This document shows, in pieces, positions 53,967 through 60,000 of a stretch of DNA of 60,000 bases (positions within the stretch are counted from its first letter, which is position 1; every line of letters starts with the position of its first letter). The stretch comes from Botryllus schlosseri (Eukaryota). Below the pieces are notes generated by a model that was given only the letters and a program-made list of their open reading frames with translations, was not told the origin of the DNA and ran no database searches. The position numbers and the translations under genes are program-made. Location of the stretch: the NCBI GenBank assembly GCA_051294905.1, contig CM119371.1, forward strand, positions 2,048,001 through 2,108,000. The letters run 5' to 3'.

Positions 53967-56745
53967 ATTTACACTATTCACAGAGGCTCCCGATTAAAAA
54001 ATGTACAGGACCGCTCCAACTTCTGTTCGAGTATTTCGATAGTTTCTATAAAATTGATGCAACTAATTATTACGACCATTGACTCTAATTATTTCACATC
54101 AAGCAGCTTAACAATCTTGACGTATTAAATTTCGACCAATGTCGTGTTGACATATAAATTTTTCGAGTATCTCATCAAATCTCTCGTTTTCTAATATAAC
54201 AAATACTTCTCCCAAGAAAATGATATCGGCTCGGTCTGATTGAAGCAAATAATCATGCATTGAAGTGACGCATTACTGCCGAAGATCAACTTTACTATTG
54301 CTCATTAGTGGATATGGTCAATAACCAAGTACTTCTACTTTTTCAAAGTACAAAAGTACGTGTTGGCCACATTCACTACTTACTGAAGCATTTATAATAC
54401 TGATTACTTTTATTTGTACTTCACAATTTTCATTTTTTTAGCAAAACTAGGAATGATGTGATAAGTTTGCTGCGAATCGATCTAAAATGATGTATGACAA
54501 CGCTGTTACATTATTGCAGGAAAAGCAACGTTTTTTTTTTTTAATCAAACATACATGTTGTGTACCGCGTGTCATCGTTATGACGTCACTTTCCGACATC
54601 ACAATAAATATTATTGTATAATAATTGAATATTACACAGAGCGTGTCACAATATTTCTAGGATGTTTTTTAAACCAAATGTGCATGAGAATGGATCGACG
54701 ATGAAATGGAAGGACAAATCTCAACTCTAATTTTAGAACAGTCACACTTCGCAACATCTACTCACCTCCGATGAAAATCGTTGTCTAGTCGCTGCCAGGC
54801 ATCTTTAACAAAGATAAAGAGTGGCACTAAAATGGAATTTAGAGATATTAGATATTTGTTAGTAAAAGATGTATGCATCCTATGAATTGTGCTCTGTTGC
54901 TGAACCTATTGCGTAATATCTCAAAAAGTCATCAGATTGAAGCGAGTTGAAATAATCAAAAGTATAAATGAATTGCGTTCTACGATACACGGCGGTTAGT
55001 TATGGTAGATAGGCATACTGAGCCTGCGCTTATCTACTATTTCAAATCCGAATCCTATTACTGATGATACATTCAAATCCAAGTACAAATCCATATTTTA
55101 TTTTTTCACGCGTCCATATCCACGTCCAATCCGGTAATGGTGGAAACTTGGTCAAAAAGTCGCATTAAAATGGAAAGTTACGAGAATTTCTATGTCAAAG
55201 TACAGATGCAAATACATCTTCGAACGAATCATAAGTAAACATCCAATCAAAATCCAGGTACAAGAGACGCGTGACCTCAATACCATACATAGCCTATGTA
55301 TAAAGTGGAGTAATAAAGATCGTTATATTATTTGTTCTAGTTTCCGTTCAAAAGCGGTGGCTTTCGAAGGGAAAATTTCTGCGGCAAAAATGTATTTTCT
55401 CACTCTCAACTTTCATTTCAGACTACATTATATTTAGAGCACAGTGCCCTTTAATGTGTCATGGTTATGTCAGTGGACAGTGAAAGGAGAAATCACACAC
55501 AATATGATGCCCCCGACGGTACAATGCACTACGTATATCTAATCCAATTAGATATGGGAGTGGGTGAAAGTAACTGTAATCCATTTGTAAAACATTCCCT
55601 GCAATATGCAGCTAATTCTTTACGTAATGTCAATCGATTCAAATCACTAAATTTATATTTGATAAATATTCGCACCGGTTCCACGTTCTGTGAGATACTT
55701 TCACAGAACGGATATGAACTCGCATATTTGTTTTCGTATCAAAGGTAAATCGAACAAAGTCATACCGAATGCTATTTTAAGATTTATAGTACTTGATTAG
55801 GTTGGACTAAACGATTTCGGGATTAATGCAATGTTGTTGATTATAATTCAGTTCTACTGAAAAGAATGCACAATGCATATGAATGATTAAATGATTCTAT
55901 CAACGCCAATATAAAAAGTGGGATGCTGTATGACATAAAACCACACATCCTGCAGAGAGGTGCTCATTAACGGAGTAACTCTACTTTATCAGACTACTCA
56001 AGTAGTGCTGTCTACTTGCATCGCTTAATCAAGGGGTTGTCATTTTAGACCACTTCTCTTTCTACTTCTTGTCACAGTTGTTAGTCAAAACTACTTACTT
56101 TATACAATATTGATTTTGAACATATCGAGTTGTTCCTAGCTGCGTATTCGTCATCGTTTTCAGTGAAATTCTTATAGGAGCCGCCTTAAATAGCTCATGT
56201 ATCACGGTGACTGCATCAACATATTTTCAAAGATTCCACTAACTTGCAGTGTCATTAGTCATTTTGCATTAGCCGCAAAGACATATCTTGCAATTTCGAA
56301 AGTAGATATATCCTATAAACTGCTAAAAGTATGCGTCCCTTCGACCAAATCTACTTTTGGAAACTACTTATCTCATTACATTTCAGACTAATACATTTTC
56401 TACTTCCACCTCAAGTCAATTTGTGATTTCTTGGGAATTCCTACTTCTACTTGTTTATCAGCAGCAGCTTACGGCGCTATTTATCGTTCTGCATGGGTCT
56501 ACTTTGTTTACCTCTAATCATTCATGAACTCGTGTTAGTAACTCTCAGAACTCGTATTAAGTATGGGATATTGACAGAACTTAAAATTCATGAATACATT
56601 GTGTTATTACATAACCATGATAACGACACTATGTCATGTATGAAACTAAACCCTCATGATTTCTAGCGTTAGTAACGAATTGGGCCTGAATTGACCATTT
56701 CATTCAAAGTGATCGCGCCTATTTAATTTACGTAATAAAATGTAT

Positions 56746-56973
56746 CTAAGATACGATGCAACCAAACAATGACTCACATTCTAAAACTTCCAACTCAGTA
56801 TCGAGATCATTTACAATTTTCTTGACTTTCTGCAATTCGTCTCCTTTCAACATATCTCTTCCTCCGTAGTAAACCAATGTTACTTTCTTCAAATTAGAGT
56901 TGTTGACGAGAGACAAAATCTCATCCAGTGAAGGACGATATCCAAAGTTGAATATGCATCGGGTGTATTCGAT
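56746..56973 (-). CDS. Putative terminal coding exon (75 aa) of an unknown gene, ending in CaaX-like CIVS*
   Basis: ctcactgcag| acceptor, open frame IEYTRCIFNF...ECESLFGCIVS-TAG. The paralog at 27846-28073 has the same length with no indels. Upstream exons were not confidently found. Confidence 0.5.
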   Translation of the reverse strand: MEYTRCIFNFGYRPSLDEILSLVNNSNLKKVTLVYYGGRDMLKGDELQKVKKIVNDLDTELEVLECESLFGCIVS

Positions 56974-57056
56974 CTGCAGTGAGAAATTATAATAATATTG
57001 TGTATTGCAATGATGCTTACCACTATTGTTGACCATGTCACTGGGGGCCATCATGT

Positions 57057-57629
57057 CAGTGTTGGAATCAAGTCACTACCTTCGAGTCACGAGTCAATTC
57101 GAGTCATTGCACATTTTGACTGGAGTCAAGTAAAGTCAATCAATTTTCAAAGGTGACTCGAGTCAAGTCAAGTCACTCGATTTTCGGAGGTGACTCGAGT
57201 CAAGTCGAGTCAAGTCAAGTCAGAAATAGACATTTCGCTATTTTATTAATTTAGTACTCAAGTTACGACAACGTCAGCTGTAAGCTTCAATCACTTCGTT
57301 TGCGGTCAATTTATTTGTGAGAGAACAATCGAGACTTAGTGAAACGCACAATATTTGAATGATTATTCGCTCTCACGGGTTACACCAGCGTTTCGCGAAC
57401 AATCCGAATATATGCAAGATACAGTGATTTTGATCCACACCGATTACTTGATAACTTGAAATTGACTCGTGAATTTTGGTCCGAGTCACGAGTCAATCCA
57501 CATTTCTGATACGTCGAGTCAAGTCAAGTCAAGTCATTGTATCAATGTGACTCGAGTCAAGTCAAGTCATGCGAAAAAGATGACTCGAGTCTGACTCGAG
57601 TCAAGTCATGACTCGAGCCATCAACACTG
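57057..57629. mobile_element. MITE rich in GACTCGAGTCAAGTC repeats (relatives at about 9560-9720, 21104-21310, 28960-29400, 50044-50230)
   Basis: TIR cagtgttg / caacactg, perfect TSD catcatgt; empty site in the paralog near 28153. Confidence 0.92.
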
Positions 57630-57938
57630 CATCATGTACTACGATATAATTTGGATCACCAGATTGGACGGTTTAGTCTGCCCCGCTAGGCGATTCTGAA
57701 AAAATGGCCGTATTATCCGGCGCATTTCTAATACATGTTGAGATTTCTAGTAGGAAACATTTCCATTCTCTCAAGACAGAAAATGTCGAGCATTTTTGGT
57801 ACAGGTCAAATTATAACCATCCGACAGTGCTGTTGAGGTTACACTGTAGTCACCGTCAGCAACAAGTCACTGCCATTGACACTAGTGTTAACATTCGTAC
57901 TCTTTTCTGACTTTTTGAAAGTGTTCTAGATGTTTAGA

Positions 57939-59504
57939 GGGGTGTTCAAAAAAAATTTCATCACCTCACCGGTAGTTGTCAAATCATCAGGTTACCTAAA
58001 AAACGTTGCACACCAAATTTGACTCAATTCCATCCAGTAGAAGCCATAGGTCACTCAAATTGAAATTTCGGTCATTTCTGAAATGATAGTATTCACGGTG
58101 ACCAATTTCGTCGTACCGACATGACTAAAAATCGTGTTCCAAGCAGGGATGTCTTTTACACTTGTTTTGATCTTGATACGGACCTACGGTGGGGTTTGGA
58201 TGAAGACATCGCCAGTAAACGAAAAAAAATATATGACACGGACTACCTAGAAATTGGTCCACTTTATCGAAATAGACATGTCAAAACGATGGTGCGATAA
58301 TTTTCAAATAGAGTAGGCCTACTTTACACACTGAAATTAACGACCACGAAAAGAAAATGAGCTGACAAGCAGGTAAAATCCAGGTCAATATATTTCTCAA
58401 GTGATCTATATTCTTGGTCTGTCCAATGTAAATTTCTTCACGATACAATTTGATATTACATGATATTTGATCATTCGCTCTGTACCACTCCTACAGTACT
58501 ATCACAGGCGAATTATAAGACTTATAGGCACCGTGACAGATTTTCTTCCTATCAAAAGTTATCGTGCTCTATTCATGTCATCCTCTTTCATATTCGGATA
58601 TTATAATCTAATTGTATCCATATATCGTGGTAAAACACCTATGCCTTTTCCGACTCTAGAAAATGACTGGTGTGCTTTATAAGCTCACTGGGTTACCATT
58701 TGGTTTCCCAGAATCTCGCATACGTCAATTATCAGAAATGTTTTTCAAGTCAGAAATACTATTCAGTGGCATAGCCCATTCTGAATTACAATCAGTACTA
58801 TTTTCAATGTCCTCGATTAGTCAATGTTAAACAGGCAAGAAATATTCGAACACTGAGCTGCTGAGGAATGCAACTGATGTCTTTGTGAATGAGGTTTTGG
58901 GAATGGCGACTTTGCAATCAGTAAAAAACTTTGAATCAAGGCAGGGAGTATGCCCTGCATAACTGAGCTAGATTTCGTGAAATCTAAATTTGTCTGACAA
59001 AAAATACTTCTGGATATGACTATCACTTGAGAAATATATATTACCTGTATTTTACCTGCTTGCCAGTTCATTTTCTTTTCGTGGTCGTTAATTTTAGTGT
59101 GTTAAGTACTCTATTTGAAAATTATCTCATCATCGTTTTAACATGTCTATTTCAATGAAGTGGACCAATTTCCAGGTAATGCGTTTCATATATTTTTTTT
59201 CGTTCAGTGGCGATGTCTTCATTCAAACCCCACCCTAGGACCTTTTCAAGATAAAAACAAGTGGAAAAGACACCCTGTCACTTCGGGCATACCTGAAACA
59301 CGATTTTTTGTCATGTCGGTGTGACGAAATTGGTCACCATAAATATTATTATTTCAAAAATGACTGAGATTTCAATTTGAGCGACCTCGGCTTCTACTGG
59401 TTGGAATTGAATCGAATTCGGCGTGCACTATTTTTTTAGGTAACCTGATGATTTGACAGCTAGGCCGATGAAATTTGAAAAAAAAAAGTTTTTTTTCAAC
59501 ACCC
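57939..59504. repeat. About 500-bp inverted arms (57939-58435 / 58980-59504) around a spacer
   Basis: ggggtgtt...aacacccc ends; arms are reverse-complementary. The same family occurs at about 11144-11632 and 28463-28955. Confidence 0.8.
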
Positions 59505-60000
59505 CAAGGAGCACGCTCAAATGACCTCTTTTTTAGAAATTGTCCTCTTTTTTTTAAAATTTTGGTAAAATGTACGTGAAAATTCAACTGAGAAATTTGA
59601 AATAAGCACTGAAGTAACGCTCCGGCAGGTGTTTCGAGAGTTGACCCAGAATGGTGTCCTTTTTTTTTACTCAACCAACTACAAAATTGGAACAAATTTG
59701 CCAATTTTTTAAAATTTCACTTCTGCATTGCGAGACTGAATTTTATTTAAATGGTGTCCTCTTTTCAGATCCCAAAACATGGTAACCCTAATCGACACTC
59801 AATTCTGAGAAGGCGAAAAAGTGCTCGATGAGTTCACAGTTACATGCAAAAACGGACCACAAAGTAGTTATATGTAGAAGTGGATGATATAAATATGACA
59901 CCAAAATATAATTCAAATATCTGTGGTTACACTCCTTTTGCGCTTATGAGTCAACATCTCCTTGGCTTCCAGAGAAACCCGAATCACGATGTAAAAATGA

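Larger units (their letters stand above)
41503..58435 (+). repeat. Segmental duplication copy 2 (approximate limits)
   Basis: Matches 18125-28955; expanded by a LINE, hAT/MITE insertions and an internal tandem duplication. Confidence 0.92.

Noticed and set aside
58689..59790. Single hAT element bounded by gggttaccat / atggtaacccta
   Set aside because: The flanking 8-mers (aagctcac / atcgacac) match poorly, so the two ends may belong to different elements.

Overview
This is AT-rich, repeat-dense eukaryotic (animal-like) genomic DNA; no intact full-length protein-coding gene is visible. The window has four main components. (1) A scrambled, multiply duplicated, intron-containing pseudogene of the nucleolar RRM protein RBM28/Nop4 on the minus strand: 13 exon copies covering RRM3, the linker and RRM4, between about 3.5 and 41.3 kb. 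(2) A diverged direct segmental duplication (about 18.1-29.0 kb vs 41.5-58.4 kb), each copy carrying an open 75-codon terminal-like exon ending in CIVS. (3) Many non-autonomous DNA transposons/MITEs with 8-bp TSDs (hAT-like), often nested, plus long palindromic elements. (4) A young 5'-truncated LINE with an open RT frame, and a tRNA-derived SINE inserted in a hAT transposase remnant. I see no evidence for a prokaryote-type novel system. All alignments were done by eye, and coordinates marked approximate may be off by tens of bases.
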